Source: Octopus vulgaris (lineage: Eukaryota). Taken from it: 64,000 bases of DNA. The stretch lies in contig OX597839.1 in assembly GCA_951406725.2 (NCBI GenBank), positions 31,248,001 to 31,312,000 of the forward strand. Direction: 5' to 3'. This document shows, one piece after another, positions 14,431 through 27,722 of the stretch. The position numbers and the translations under genes were made by a program. Numbering within the stretch: the first letter of the stretch is position 1; every line of letters starts with the position of its first letter. The notes beneath the pieces are model-generated. The model saw nothing but the letters and a program-made list of their open reading frames with translations. It ran no database searches and had not been told where the DNA came from.

Positions 14431-14684
14431 TTTTAACCCCAGGAAAAAGGTTTCTGCAGCTGGATGCCTTTCCTAATGTCGATCACTCTGAGAGTGTAGT
14501 GGGTGTTTTTTACATTCTACCAGTACAAGGGCCATTCAGGCAGTACTGGCATTAACCACGCTCAAAAGGTGCTTTTTACATGCCACTAGGATGGGAGCAG
14601 CACTGGCATCAATATATATATATGTGTGTATGTATGTATGTATGTATATATATATATATATATATATATGCACATACATATATA

Positions 14685-14848
14685 CGACGGGCTTCTTTCA
14701 GTTTCTGTCTACCAAATCCACTCACAAGGCTTTGGTCGGCCCGAGGCTATAGTAGAAGACACTTGCCCAAGGTGCCACACAGTGGGACTGAACCCGGAAC
14801 CATGTGGTTGGTAAGCAAGCTACTTACCACACAGCTACTCCTATGCCT
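14685..14848 (-). mobile_element. SINE family A 5' half
   Basis: Near-identical to the reverse complement of 42430-42592. Confidence 0.8.
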
Positions 14849-16883
14849 ATTCAATTCTCAACCAATTCTTGCTGACCTGATTAATTCTACATAAAGCTCC
14901 ATCCACCATACTTTTCCCTCTTTTATTTTTCTCCCATCTTGTCTACCTTGCCACATGTCTACCTTTCTGTCTGTTTGTCCTCTTCTTTGTCCTACGTTCT
15001 TGATGTTATCTTCATCTCTTAACCTTGCCCTTGCACTTCTGTTCCGCTTCTCTTGATCTCACTCTTGTCACAGATCTAACCCCTTCCCCTTCTTCCACCT
15101 CCTCTCTCTCTCTCTTTACTTCCTCCCTCATCCCTCACACTACTCCTACCACCTATCACTGCCTTGCCCCCACCTCTCTCTTTCCTCACACTGTACCTCC
15201 ACCACCTCCTTCCTTTATCTTGATTCCATCCTTCATTCACCAAAGACCAAACCCGATAACATCTCCCTAAATATTCTGCCTCTCAGAAGAATGGCAAATC
15301 ATTGAAATGTTGGATCCTTTCACTCGAAGCAACAAATCAATTCCTTGAATTCCAAGAACTAACCCCTCCCCCTCCCCCCCGACGGCCTCCCTCAATAATT
15401 GCTTTGTTCAACACCTTACCAGTAATTACGCCTGGGAAGATTGATATATTTACCCCTCAAACATTTAGTATGTAATTACTGTAACACATACTTCACATGT
15501 CAACAGCTATTTCTAAGGCAGCAAGTGCTTCACTTACATCCACTCCATCCCCCAGTATGCACCTGGTATGCATCTGGAATGCATAAGCTGGTTTACTGAG
15601 TTAAAGAAGCGAAATTAAATTGTGTTGATGGGAGATCGTTTTGACTACGAACAAAGTCTCTCTCTATCTCTCACTCTCTCTCTATCTCTCACTCTCTCTC
15701 TCTGTCTCTCTCTCTCTACACACACACATACATGAATAATTAGAAAAAAATCATATATCTACACACATACACACATTCATACACGTGTGTGTGTGTTTGT
15801 AGGTATTCAGATGCATGCATATATACATGTGTGCATACATACATACATGCATACACACACACACAAATACATATATATATATACATACATACATACATAC
15901 ATATATATATACATAGACACATACATATATACACACACACTCACACATGAATGTATATAGATAGATAATGATAGATAAATTGAATGATAGACAGACAGAT
16001 AGGTAGATAGACACATGTATATGTGTGTGTATGTATGTATGTATGTATATATATATATATAAAGACACACACATACATAAACACTTATATTTCAAAATTC
16101 CAAGATCGTTTTAAACATCTGTATGTATATATATATATATATATATGTGTATATGTAAAAAAATACAAACTGGGACAAGAACGCAAAACCATAAGAAGAC
16201 CATACAAAAAACATGGACGGGACATTCGAAGCCTTCAATCTTCAGTCAAGAACCGGATCATCCTCACAATTTCAGCTGATTAATCTTGAGATCGCTCCGA
16301 TCCGGCCAGCCCGAAGGAAAAACTAAGCTACGAGCACTAGGTTTCTTGGAAAAAGGATCGAATGTATACGAAACAAGGACAGAAAAACGGACGATGCCAC
16401 ACGAATATAAATACAAATATACACAGATGTGTGTGTTCATGTGTGTGTGTGTGTGTGTAGTTTATTTGTGGCAAACAAAAGAAACAAAGGCGAAAGTACT
16501 CAATACCCGGTGTGATTATATTTGTCCGGCTGAATTGAAGTTTGTTTCTCCTTCAGCCTTATTCATGCAGCAACATGGAGGAATACATGTCCATGTTGCC
16601 ACCTGAATGAACAGGTAAACAGGGAACTTAAACAGTTGCATGTAGCTTCAGCCGGAGAGACGCACAGACACAGCCAGAAGAGGTTTGACAGGTTCAGAGG
16701 AACACAATCGGAGCTCCAGGAAAATTAGGGAGCTAATAGGGGATCTGTTTTCATACTTGAGAAGCCATTCAGTAAAAATATTGCCCCCCCACCCAAGTGT
16801 AGCTGTATATATGTGTGTTTCTGAGTTACTGTATATACATGTGTGTATATATGTACGGGTGTGTATTTGTGTCTGTGTGTACA

Positions 16884-17258
16884 GGCGTAAGCATGGCTGT
16901 GTGGTAAAATACTTGATTCCCAACCACATAGTTGCAAGTTCAGTCCCACTGCATGGCACTTGAGGCAAGTGTCTTCTATTATAGCCCCAGGCTGACCAAA
17001 TCCTTGTGAGTGGATTTGGTCGGGAGAAACTGAAAGAAGCCTGTCGTACATATATCTATGCGTGTGTGTGTCTGCTCACCACTGCTTGACAACCAGTGTT
17101 GGTGTGTTTATATCCCTGTAACTTAGCAGTTCAGCAAAAGAGACTGATAGAATAAGTACCAGGTGAAAAAAATAACGACTGGGTTTAATTCATTTGAGTA
17201 AAATTCTTCAAGGCAGTGCCCCAGCATGGCCGTGGTCTCATGAATGAAACAAGCAAAA
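16884..17258 (+). mobile_element. SINE family A, full length
   Basis: A/B boxes, the core and a CCCAGCATGGCC tail. Confidence 0.8.
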
Positions 17259-17600
17259 CCAATCAAAGACTATGCATGTCTGATAAGAGCAACGAAAGCC
17301 AAAACGTAATGTTTCCCTGCCCCAGGGCTTCGTTACTCACCCTCGTGCGTGCATTGAGTCCTTCATTTTGTTATGCTTCTATATGTAGGACAAAGAACAC
17401 ACACACGTGTGTGCGTATGTGCATGTGTGTATATTTGTGTGTGTGTGTGTATGTTAGAGGGTGGGGTGGGTGGAAGAGCGTCGATAGATTTGTAACGTTT
17501 TATTTCTTCGTTTGAAGTTAATGACTCACTCTGCATATCTCTTCCAAGGTGCGTGCAGCCATTCAAGCGATGAGAGCATGAATATACATATTACGGAAAT

Positions 17601-17631
<31 letters not shown>

Positions 17632-17632
17632 G

Positions 17633-17671
<39 letters not shown>

Positions 17672-17789
17672 CATGCCATGCATAGATACCATTTGTGTGT
17701 GTGTATGTATGTATATATATAGATGTAAGTATATATATATATATATGTATGAAAATCTATATATAAGTATGTATACATATGTATGTATG

Positions 17790-17820
<31 letters not shown>

Positions 17821-17842
17821 ACATAGGTATATGTATGTATGA

Positions 17843-17882
<40 letters not shown>

Positions 17883-17934
17883 GTATGTGTATATATATGT
17901 ATATATGCATACATATTTATATAGATGTATGTAC

Positions 17935-17979
<45 letters not shown>

Positions 17980-18688
17980 GACACATATATATATAAAGAA
18001 ATATACACACATATAGATATACACACCTACACTTCTACTCCCATAGATGCACACATGTTTGTTTGTCTCCATTGATATGTGATTCGGTGGAGCACCCACC
18101 TAGATATTTTCGGTGCAAGACCTGATAATGGCAATAGTGTGAAAGTTGTCGGGTTTCGGTCCTTTATCGTATTCGTTCATATTTTCACAGCCATTGCTAT
18201 CTGGCCTGCAATCAGCTTTACCGTTCTTACAGAGATTCTCGAGACTCTGTGGCATCTTCTGCTGGTTCCACAAGTCAGGTGACCAAGTTCGTTTTCATGC
18301 TTTCTTAACTTCGGCTTTCATTGCAGCTTCATCACTTCTGCAGATAATCTTCACTCGCAAATAAACGTCTTCTTATGTCTCACTTCTAACATATATACAC
18401 AAGCGCATGCACACACACACACACATATATTAATATATATACATATATATATAAATGTATATGCATATATATATGTTAATGTATATACATATAAATATAT
18501 TAATGTAAATACATACATATATATATTAATGTATATACATACATATAAATATGTGTATATATATATATATATACATATATACACATACATATTTACATAT
18601 ATGTATATTATTTATATATATTCTGTCTCTTGTTGCATGTGTATGTGTCTCTGTGTGTGCATAAATACACACATGCTCACACTCACAT

Positions 18689-18730
<42 letters not shown>

Positions 18731-18732
18731 TA

Positions 18733-18950
18733 TAAGTGTGCTGAATGGTTACAACACTGGTCTGCTAAAGATAGACCCCCAAATGGTCTAAGAACCATTT
18801 AAATTATTACTCTACTTTATTTTCTAAATCCTTGCTGTCTATTTTTCCTCACTTACAACCTTGTGTTGTGGAATAATAATCTAAGTGGTTCTTAGACCAT
18901 TTGGGGTCTATCTCTAGCAGACCAGTGTTGTAACCATTCAGCAACCTTAT
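18733..18950. mobile_element. MITE-like element with ~75-bp terminal inverted repeats next to (TA)n
   Basis: GCTGAATGGTTACAACACTGGTCTGCTA.AGATAGACCCC.AAATGGTCTAAGAACCA and its reverse complement flank a ~65-bp spacer. Confidence 0.7.
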
Positions 18951-19047
18951 TATAATTTTAATATAAATTAACCATTATGGAATTTTTAATATGCTGGCCT
19001 CTGACAAATCATTAAACAATGATTTTATCCTAATTATGTATAATATA

Positions 19048-19241
19048 CTCTTTTACTTGTTTCAGTCATTTTGACTATGGCCATGCTGGAGCACCGCCTT
19101 TAGTCGAGCAAATCGACCCCGGGACTTATTCTTTGTAAGCCCAGTACTTATTCTATCGGTCGCTTTTGCTGAACCGCTAAGTGACGGGGACGTAAACACA
19201 CCAGCATCGGTTGTCAAGCAATGCTAGAGGGACAAACACAG

Positions 19242-19288
<47 letters not shown>

Positions 19289-19451
19289 TACGACAGGCTT
19301 CTTTCAGTTTCCGTCTACCAAATCCACTCGTAAGGCTTTGGTTGGCCCGAAGCTATAGTAGAAGACACTTGTCCAAGATGCCATGCAGTGGGACTGAACC
19401 CGGAACCATGTGGTTGGTTAGCAAGCTACTTACCACACAGCCACTCCTGCA
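19048..19451 (-). mobile_element. SINE family A, full length
   Basis: The reverse complement is nearly colinear with 42430-42793. Confidence 0.85.
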
Positions 19452-20075
19452 CCTTTAATGTATATATTAAAAATGGCGACGGCTGGTTTGGCTTTATGGT
19501 ATATCATCAGTTCCGAAAACCTGTTGGCCCAAGGTCTTCTTAAGAATGAGGTGATCCCATGAAGCAGCCTGCCCCATTTTTAATATATACTCTCTGAATC
19601 TTAGTGTTTGCTTCTTTCGGATTTATGTTTTTTACAGATGATATATCTATCTATCTATCTATATCTATATATATATATATACATGCACACACACACACAC
19701 AGTCACACAGAGTGGGATGAATATATATGTCTATATATATGTGTGTGTATATATATATATATATATATTTCCGTGTTTGACACAATGGCAGTGTTGAGTC
19801 AAAAATGGTAACTTAACAAATTAGCAATTTATGTATATAGGGCAATAAAATAATTAACAAGTTGAAGCAATCAGTGTGTGTGTGTGTGTGTGCTTAATAT
19901 AAAAGTACATTTGTTATTGTGTGTGTGTTTACTATGAAAATGAATTTTGTGTGTGTGTTGTGTGCTTCCCTCTGTGTTTTGTGTTAAATAAACAGCCAGG
20001 CTTTAGCACAAACACATTTGTTCAGTAAATGTGTTTGCTTGCTAGGGTAGGAATATGTGTGTACGAATGTATGTA

Positions 20076-20116
<41 letters not shown>

Positions 20117-20249
20117 ATACATACTTATATAAAGACATGTATATGTATTTATATATATATATATATATATACACACGCACATATATATATACATATATAT
20201 ATATACATACATACACAAATGTGTAAATATACAAGTGTGTAAGTCTGTG

Positions 20250-20281
<32 letters not shown>

Positions 20282-21189
20282 AGAAAGGATAGTCACGGCT
20301 GAAGCCCTCCTCCTCCTTTATGAGTGGGCAAGGGTCTAAGCCACAACAGCACCATTGCCAGACAATTACTTGACAGTCCTTCCCACTCATTATCAGTCAT
20401 TCATTAATTCAGACAGACAGACAGACTAAGCAATCAATCATCAGCACCCTCATCATCATCATCATCATTGCCAGTCTTCCTTATGTCAGGGTACCACCTT
20501 TTGAACTGCATTTAACCACATATATATATATACACAGTACATGTATACATCAACCATGAAAGGTGACGGGGCATGAGAAGTGAATGTATATATTTATATC
20601 CAACCATTTGTTATCCTTAAGATCACAGCCGTTAACAAGTGTTTAGATAAATACATTCACCTCTCATACCTCTGGACCTTTCAGGATCTATATACTCCTT
20701 ATTAAATAATTTCATTGATCGGATCTCCTGGATTTCAGCTCCATGGGCATTCTGCATTATACTTCTCTGTATTGCATTTGTGGTCTGCTAGCTGGGTCCT
20801 TTGGAGGAGCTTTCTGTGATAGCCACATGGTTTTATGGATCCATATATTACAACTAAGAATTTATTACTCAGCTGTAACTGGGTAACGCTGCAATGGAGT
20901 AGCCTTCTGATTGGGGGAGGATGTTGGCCTGCTCTCCTCACCTGTGGGGTTGCATCATTCAATGGCTAAAACACTGCAAAACACACATTGTATAACAGCA
21001 TCTGATAATCTGGTTGATCATGGGATATATATTTCAGCTGCATGAAACTTTTGCATTATGCTCCTCTGTATTTGATTACTTTGTGGTCTGTTAGCCAAGC
21101 CTGTTAGAGGAGCTTACTGTGAAAGCCACACAATTCTATGAATCCATTTATTACACTATATATACAAATATATATATGTTTTATTTTTT

Positions 21190-21478
21190 AATTGTTTCTG
21201 TCATTTGACTGTGACCATGCTGGTGCACTGCCTTGAAAAGTTTTTAGTCAAACAAATTGACCCTAGGACATTTTTTGCAGCCTGGTATTTATTCTATTGG
21301 TCTCTTTTGCCAAACCACTAAGTTACAGGTTGTAAATACACCAACACTGGTTATCAAGTGAAGATGGGGGACAAACAGACATATAGACACACACACATAA
21401 TATATATATATGACAGGCTTCTTTCAGTTTCCATCTATCAAATCCACTTACAAGGTTTTGGTTGGTCCAAGGCTGTAG
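21190..21478 (-). mobile_element. SINE family A (5' truncated)
   Basis: Tail and body motifs present. Confidence 0.7.
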
Positions 21479-21552
21479 GAATATAAGGAATGCAGTGAAT
21501 GGCAAAAAGAGGAGTGTCCTGGACACAGAACTACAGTTCTAAAATAACATGT

Positions 21553-21634
<82 letters not shown>

Positions 21635-22379
21635 GATGTGTGTAAATATATATCTCCATCAGTTTCAGCGATGAGGTTTTAATTGTTTGACTAACCTGAA
21701 TTGCCTGCACCTGAATAGATTGTGGGTAGCTGAGTATTCCACAGACATGTGTACTGTTACGTAATTCTCACAGACACACACACACTCTCTTGCATGCTTG
21801 CACTGATTTAAAATCTGGCAGTCTCTAGTTAAAACCTGATTACTCTTCATTAAATGCCACTCACCCAACCAGCCACTTACCACCCACCCACCAACCCGAC
21901 CAACCAATCAAAGAAACCTCAGCTCAGATAGAATTCTTCCAAATCTGTTTTTTCCAAATCTTTTGAGGCAGAAGAAAGTCCAAAATTTCTTTGAATATTT
22001 TCATACTTTTCGTTTGTTTTTTTACCAAAACATCTTTTTTTTATTCAGTTTAATTCTTTCTTTGTTTTTTTTTGTTATTGTTGTTGTTTAGCCCTGGGTC
22101 ACTGAACAGGTTTTAAGTGCAAAGCATTACAGCTTTGATCAGCTTGTTCTTCTCTGCAGGCATTGTGTATTTAGGAGTACATCATCTTGTGTCCCCCTCA
22201 CCATCTGAAGATGATTCGGATGTCATTTGAGGGAAATTTGGCTGCTCTCTTAGCAATTCATGCTACTATGCAGAGGATCCATTCTTTGTATCTTGTTATT
22301 ATTGTTGTTTGTGTGTCTCACACACATTCATCCTGATGAAACCTGCAAACAGTAAACACACACACACCTTGTTCTACCT

Positions 22380-23366
22380 AAGCACTTTTGCTGTCCATTC
22401 TTGTAAACTCCACTAGCTTTCTTTTGGGTTCAAGTCGGGGGGAGAGAAGCAGGCCATTTCATCCACAGAAGCCTAATTGTTGCAGATGCTCTGTAGTTTT
22501 CTTCACCGAATGCAAAGGTGCATTATCTTGCATGAATATTATGGTTGTCTTGGAGGTGATTCCTTGATTTTTTAACCAGGCTTCAAGCTGCTCCCTCAAA
22601 AAGGCTATATAAGCATCCACAGTCATTTTCCAAGGACCAGCCATAATACTTGCCCAAATCATTATGTCACCTCTCCCCCGTTGGTATCTCATCCATCCCT
22701 TGTTTCAACCACCAGGCCTATCAAGGGCAGAATGAGTTTGTCCATAAACAAAACTTTTGAAGAGTCGACCTTCATACCATCTTCTGCCCTTTCAGATGAT
22801 AGTGTTTAAAGGAGGCCTTTTAACTGATGTTACTGGTTTTCCAACCATTTCCAGAAGATGGCATTGGGTAGTTCTGGACACAGTTGTGTCACCGATGCAC
22901 TTGGAAAGTTCACCACTTGTAAGACCTGGGTTCCTTAAAGCCTCACACTTAATTTGTGGCAGAGAACATTGAGAAGCAGCACTCCACTGACCCTTGTCGG
23001 CTCTCTAATGTATCTTCGTAGGAGACATAACAAATTCTTTCACAATTTGGTGAAATCTTCCAATTATTTTAAAGATTTACCTTTTTCAAGTTCAGAAGTA
23101 ATAACAGATTTCTTTGAAGCAATTAAGTAATATTTATGGCCCATAATTACATGATTACCAGACCACTCGTTAATAATTTGCAACACTGAAAGTTCGTGGA
23201 AATCAGGCAGATGGCCATGGTTTATTTACACTTAGGCAAAACCTCAGGTTTTTTATACACCACGGGCATACAACTGTTGCCATCATTCTGTCGAAATTTC
23301 ATTGAATTTCAACAAGAAGTTTTCAAATACAAAAGTGTTATGTGATTAATAATTTGAAACGCAGTG
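22380..23366 (-). mobile_element. Decayed Tc1-like transposon (DDxE), truncated
   Basis: The minus strand encodes IMIWAS..GPW..FMQDNAPLH..KWPASLPDLNPKE with stops and frameshifts. A Tc1-like terminus CACTGCGTTTCAAATTATT lies at 23366. Confidence 0.8.
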
Positions 23367-24320
23367 CTCACACGCACACACGTGCACCTTTATGTATTCA
23401 GACTGCAGCTGTGCTTGCTCTGCTGTGAAGTGCATATGATGTTCATGTGAATGTACCTTGTATGTGTTGCTTACACAAAGTGCATTCTGTCGAAACGCAA
23501 CCACTTACCTCTCCGTCTCTTTTACCCACCTCCTCCCACAGACTGCAATACATTTCTGCCCACCCACAGTGACCTCCACTGTTAACACTAAACACTTTAT
23601 AAGTCTGACCATTCCTTATCAACTTAACTCTTTACATTCTCAGCCACGCTTGCCTGGTTTCAGATCATCCCCCCCTCCACCTTTACGGCTGTTTTGTGTG
23701 TGTTTATTTGTCCATCTGTTCCTTTTTCTCTGCCTTATTAATATAAACCCCTCCGACCGCTCTTGACACAGCCCTTAACTCCCTTTTCCCCTGATCTACA
23801 TCTTGTTATAAATTAGCTACTGCCACACTCCCACTCTTTAATTCCTCCTCCTCCTCCTGTAACACTCTACAAACCTGTTGCCTTGGGTTCCAGATTTTAC
23901 TATTCTAACACATGTGTACACACATGTACACGTGCTTACACTCTCTCAAACAACACACGCTCATACACACATACAAACACTCTCACACACACACATACAT
24001 AAAATGTTCCATCCTGTTCATTTTTTTTTTGTTGGACTCGCTCCTTTTATTCCTTCCCCCTCTCTCTCTTTTACAAGAATGAGAAAGCACTGCCTGTGCT
24101 GAGAGAGATGAAAGAGAGAAAGAAAGTATTATAAACAGAGATAGATTAGATAGATAGATAGGTGGGTGGGTGGGAGTAATTTGTGTATGATATGAAAATG
24201 AAGGGAAATGTTGAAAGGGTTTTGGTCATCACAAGGTTATAGTAGAAGAGGTGGAGGGAGAATTTGACTGACACAGAAGAGAGAGGGAAAATACACGCAC
24301 GAGTATATAGTCTTATATTT

Positions 24321-24703
24321 TTTTACTTGTTTCGGTTGTTTGACTGCAGCCATACTGGAGCACTGTCTTTAGTTGAACAAATTGACCCCAGGACATATTC
24401 TTTGTAAGCCTAATACTTATTCTATTGGTGTCTTTTGCCAAACTGCTAATTGACAGAAATGTAAACACATCAACATCGGTTGTCAAGCAATGGTGGTGGG
24501 GAGGACAAGCGCAGATACAAATAACAAATACACTCACACACACATATATATATATATACGATGGGCTTCTTTCAGTTTCCGTCTACCAAGGCTTGTGTTG
24601 GCCTGAGGCTATAGTAGATGATACTTGCCCAAGGTGCCACACAATGGGACTGAACCTGGAACCATGTGGTTGGGAAGCAAGCTTCTTACCACACATTCAC
24701 TCC

Positions 24704-24707
<4 letters not shown>
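24321..24707 (-). mobile_element. SINE family A
   Basis: Same head, core and tail motifs in reverse. Confidence 0.8.
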
Positions 24708-24753
<46 letters not shown>

Positions 24754-26244
24754 TAAATTTTTTTCTATTTAAGCAACCAGTAAAACATTCAGTTTGAAAA
24801 TGGCTATTTGAAGCCTGGAACTCATAAAGAGAGTAACTTACTGAAAACATTGTTATTAAAATAGAAATCATCCCCCACCAAAAAGCCATCTCTACTAATT
24901 TTTTGAAATACACTACACACACACACACTCTCTCTCTCTCTCTCTCTCTCTCACATGCACACACAGACAGAAAGAGAACAGAAGAAAATAAAAGGTGGGG
25001 CTGGAATTGAAACGAGAATAACTGAAAGAAGACAAAATGAAACCTAAAAGGAAAATAAGGAAGCAGAAATATTAGTGTTGACTGAAAGGGAAGAGAAATA
25101 AACCCTATCATTTCTTGTGGGTACTTTGATAGTGTATACACTACTTTGGGTACTTTGCTAGTGTATACACAAACACACACAAGCACTTTAAGCCTGTTAG
25201 TCTGAAGTGTGAAGGAATGTGTATACATGTTCCCCCCCCCCTCTCTCTGTCTTTCTTAATCCAGTTTATGCTTCTGACACACACTTAGCCTACTCGGTGA
25301 AATGTTTATGTAGATATGTGTGTGTTTGTGTGTGCTGTTATGAATGAGATGTATGTTTTGGCAACTGATCACCATGGCAATGTTTTGCTGGAAAATAGTG
25401 TGGGATGGTGGTGGTGGTGGTGGATGACAAAATAGTAAATTTTAAAAAAACAGTGAAAACCAAAATATTCCATGTTTTATTTCTGATGGAATTGTTGAAT
25501 GTAGGGATGGAGGAGAGATAAGGAGAGAGAGAGAGAGAGAGCAAAAGGAGGGAAAAAGAGAGAGAGATAAAGTGGTATGTAACACAGGTGCATCAAACAA
25601 AATGTCTGGTGTGACATCTTGGGCAAGTGTCTTCTTCTTCTATAACCTTGTGATGACCAAAACCTTGAGTGCATTCGGTAGATGGAAACTGAAAGAAGCC
25701 TCTCGTATATGTATACATGTGTGTGTGTGTGTCTACCACCACTTGACATTGGGGCACATTGAAACTTCATCGATATTACTTCTTTCTTCCGTATGTTTAG
25801 TTTTCGACTGGTTTAAATGTCGTTTGTGCACCCCTATTTGGCCCCTTATTATGTACATCATGCTGCCTAATCCTTTCCTCACTCTACCGTTCTCCCAGCC
25901 TTCTCTTCCATTCTTACAGATTTTGAAATGAACTTTAATCTCCCACATTAATCACACTTTGTTGTGTTTCTTGTGTTTTCTATACAAGTTGTTTTTTGGG
26001 TAACAATTTGTCAGAAATTGACTTTATCTTCCGAACAAACATTAGCTCTGCAGGTGAATGGCTTGAACAGGTGTTCGGGTTGGCTGTTATCCTGTAAACC
26101 CTTAAGAATTGAGTTAGGGCTGCAGTATTGCCTAACTCATTTCCTGATTTACTTGGCGGTGCTCCAGCATGGCTGCAGTCAAATGACTGAAACAAATAAA
26201 AGAATAAGAGTAAAAGAGTAATACACACACACACATACACACTC

Positions 26245-26392
26245 ATGATGGGCTTCTTTCAGTTTCATCTGCCAATTCCACTCACAAGACTTTGGTTGAC
26301 TCGAGGCCACAGTAGAAGACACTTTGCCCAAGGTGCCATGCAGTGGGACTGAACCTGAGACCACGAGGTCAAGAAGTGAACACCCACTCCCA
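26245..26392 (-). mobile_element. SINE family A 5' half, ~90 nt upstream of a TMEM26 exon
   Basis: GGCTTCTTTCAGTTTC...TTGCCCAAGGTGCC...GGGACTGAACC. Confidence 0.75.
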
Positions 26393-26484
26393 CTAACATA
26401 TACCCCCCACCCCACCCCACCCAGGTACCTGACAACTAAAATCCCAATCAATAACTAAAGCAGAGAAATGGTTTCTCGTTTCAG

Positions 26485-26650
26485 GTTCTGCCCCAGCGTC
26501 TTCATTTACCTGCTCAGCGTCGTTCCTGCCATTTGGTTCCTGGAACTCTACGAAATGGAAAAACGGATTCAGAAAGACATTAACTCAACGCTGAGCGCTT
26601 TTAACGAATCCACCCACGACCTACACGCTCATTTAGGACGCTTTCTTGGG
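26485..26650 (+). CDS. TMEM26: TMEM26-family protein, internal exon (W|FCPSVFIYLLSVVPAIWFLELYEMEKRIQKD...GRFLG)
   Basis: Acceptor tttcag ends at 26484 and donor gtaatc starts at 26651. The peptide resembles the TMEM26 motif WFSPxxFLYLxSxVPxxWxLEL. The exon starts in phase 2 and ends in phase 0, matching the next exon. Confidence 0.88.
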
Positions 26651-27269
26651 GTAATCCACCTTTAATCATTCTCTCTTCTTCTCAACATTTGTTTCATGAG
26701 CCAAATGAGGAAGCTTTTATACGGATGTCTCTCTATGCTAGAAGTAACAGCTAGATTCCCTCAAATCACACCATCATCACTTAATGTCTTTTCTCCATGA
26801 CTTGACTACGTAAAGAATATATAAGAGAACATTGGATGATGTAGTCCTAGATGTATTAAGAAAAAAAAGACAGGATGGTCATGAGTGGAACCTTAACAAC
26901 AACAACCTCTGTTTCCTCTTCGACTGCAATCCTATTTTCCAATATATTTCATCAAATTTAAAAGCTCTGCTAATTATTTGTTTTAGTTATTGGACTGCGT
27001 GGCCATACTGGAGCAATATGCTGAAAATTTTTGTTTATGTTGATCTCCATTTGTCAAGCCACTAAGTTATGGCTTATAAACAATACATTAGATATTAACA
27101 TTAACAATTTCCATGGGGAAGGTCATGTTAAATAACCGACTGTTTCTAATGTTTATTTTTTAACCCTTAATTTAAGGATAAATGAGATCCTGGTGGGTCA
27201 CTGGTGGGAAGGATAAGCATTATAAGGGATTCCACTGAAGAACCCCCCCACCACTTATCAATGAATATT

Positions 27270-27722
27270 AGTTTCAAATTTTGGCACAAGGCCAGCAATT
27301 TTTCAGGAGTGGGTGAGTCGATTATGTTGACCCCCATTATCTTTTATTTTTTCGGGGTCAACGAAATAAGTAGCAGTTGAGCAAAGTCGACCTTGCTGGG
27401 ATTTGAACTCAGAACATAAAGACAGATGCAAAGCTGTTTAGGCATTTTGACGGGTGTGCGACTGATTCTGCCAGTTTGCTGCTTTGTAAAATTTATAAAT
27501 ATTGGTTTTAAATCTTGGCCCAAGGCCAGCAATTTAGGTGTGGAGAGTTGTGGGTGGGGAAGTTGATTACATTGACACCCCCACTCCACCCGGCCCTTAT
27601 TTTATTGACCTCAAAAGACGAAGGGCAAAGTTGACTTTAGTGGCATTTGAACTCAGAACATAAGGATGAATGAAATGCCACTTTGCATTTTGCCCAGCTG
27701 GCAATTCTGCCAATTTGCTGCC
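27270..27722 (-). mobile_element. Two tandem SINE family B copies in a TMEM26 intron
   Basis: Two TTTGAACTCAGAACAT cores, each with an AAGGCCAGCAATTT tail. Confidence 0.75.

Noticed and set aside
15281-15330. Hammerhead-like CAGAAGA-atggcaaatcatt-GAAA after a pyrimidine-rich tract
   Set aside because: The core is mutated and stem I cannot be completed. At most a dead Penelope terminal remnant.
18060-18380. CpG-containing block as a coding exon
   Set aside because: Only short ORFs, with no recognisable homology or clear splice pair.
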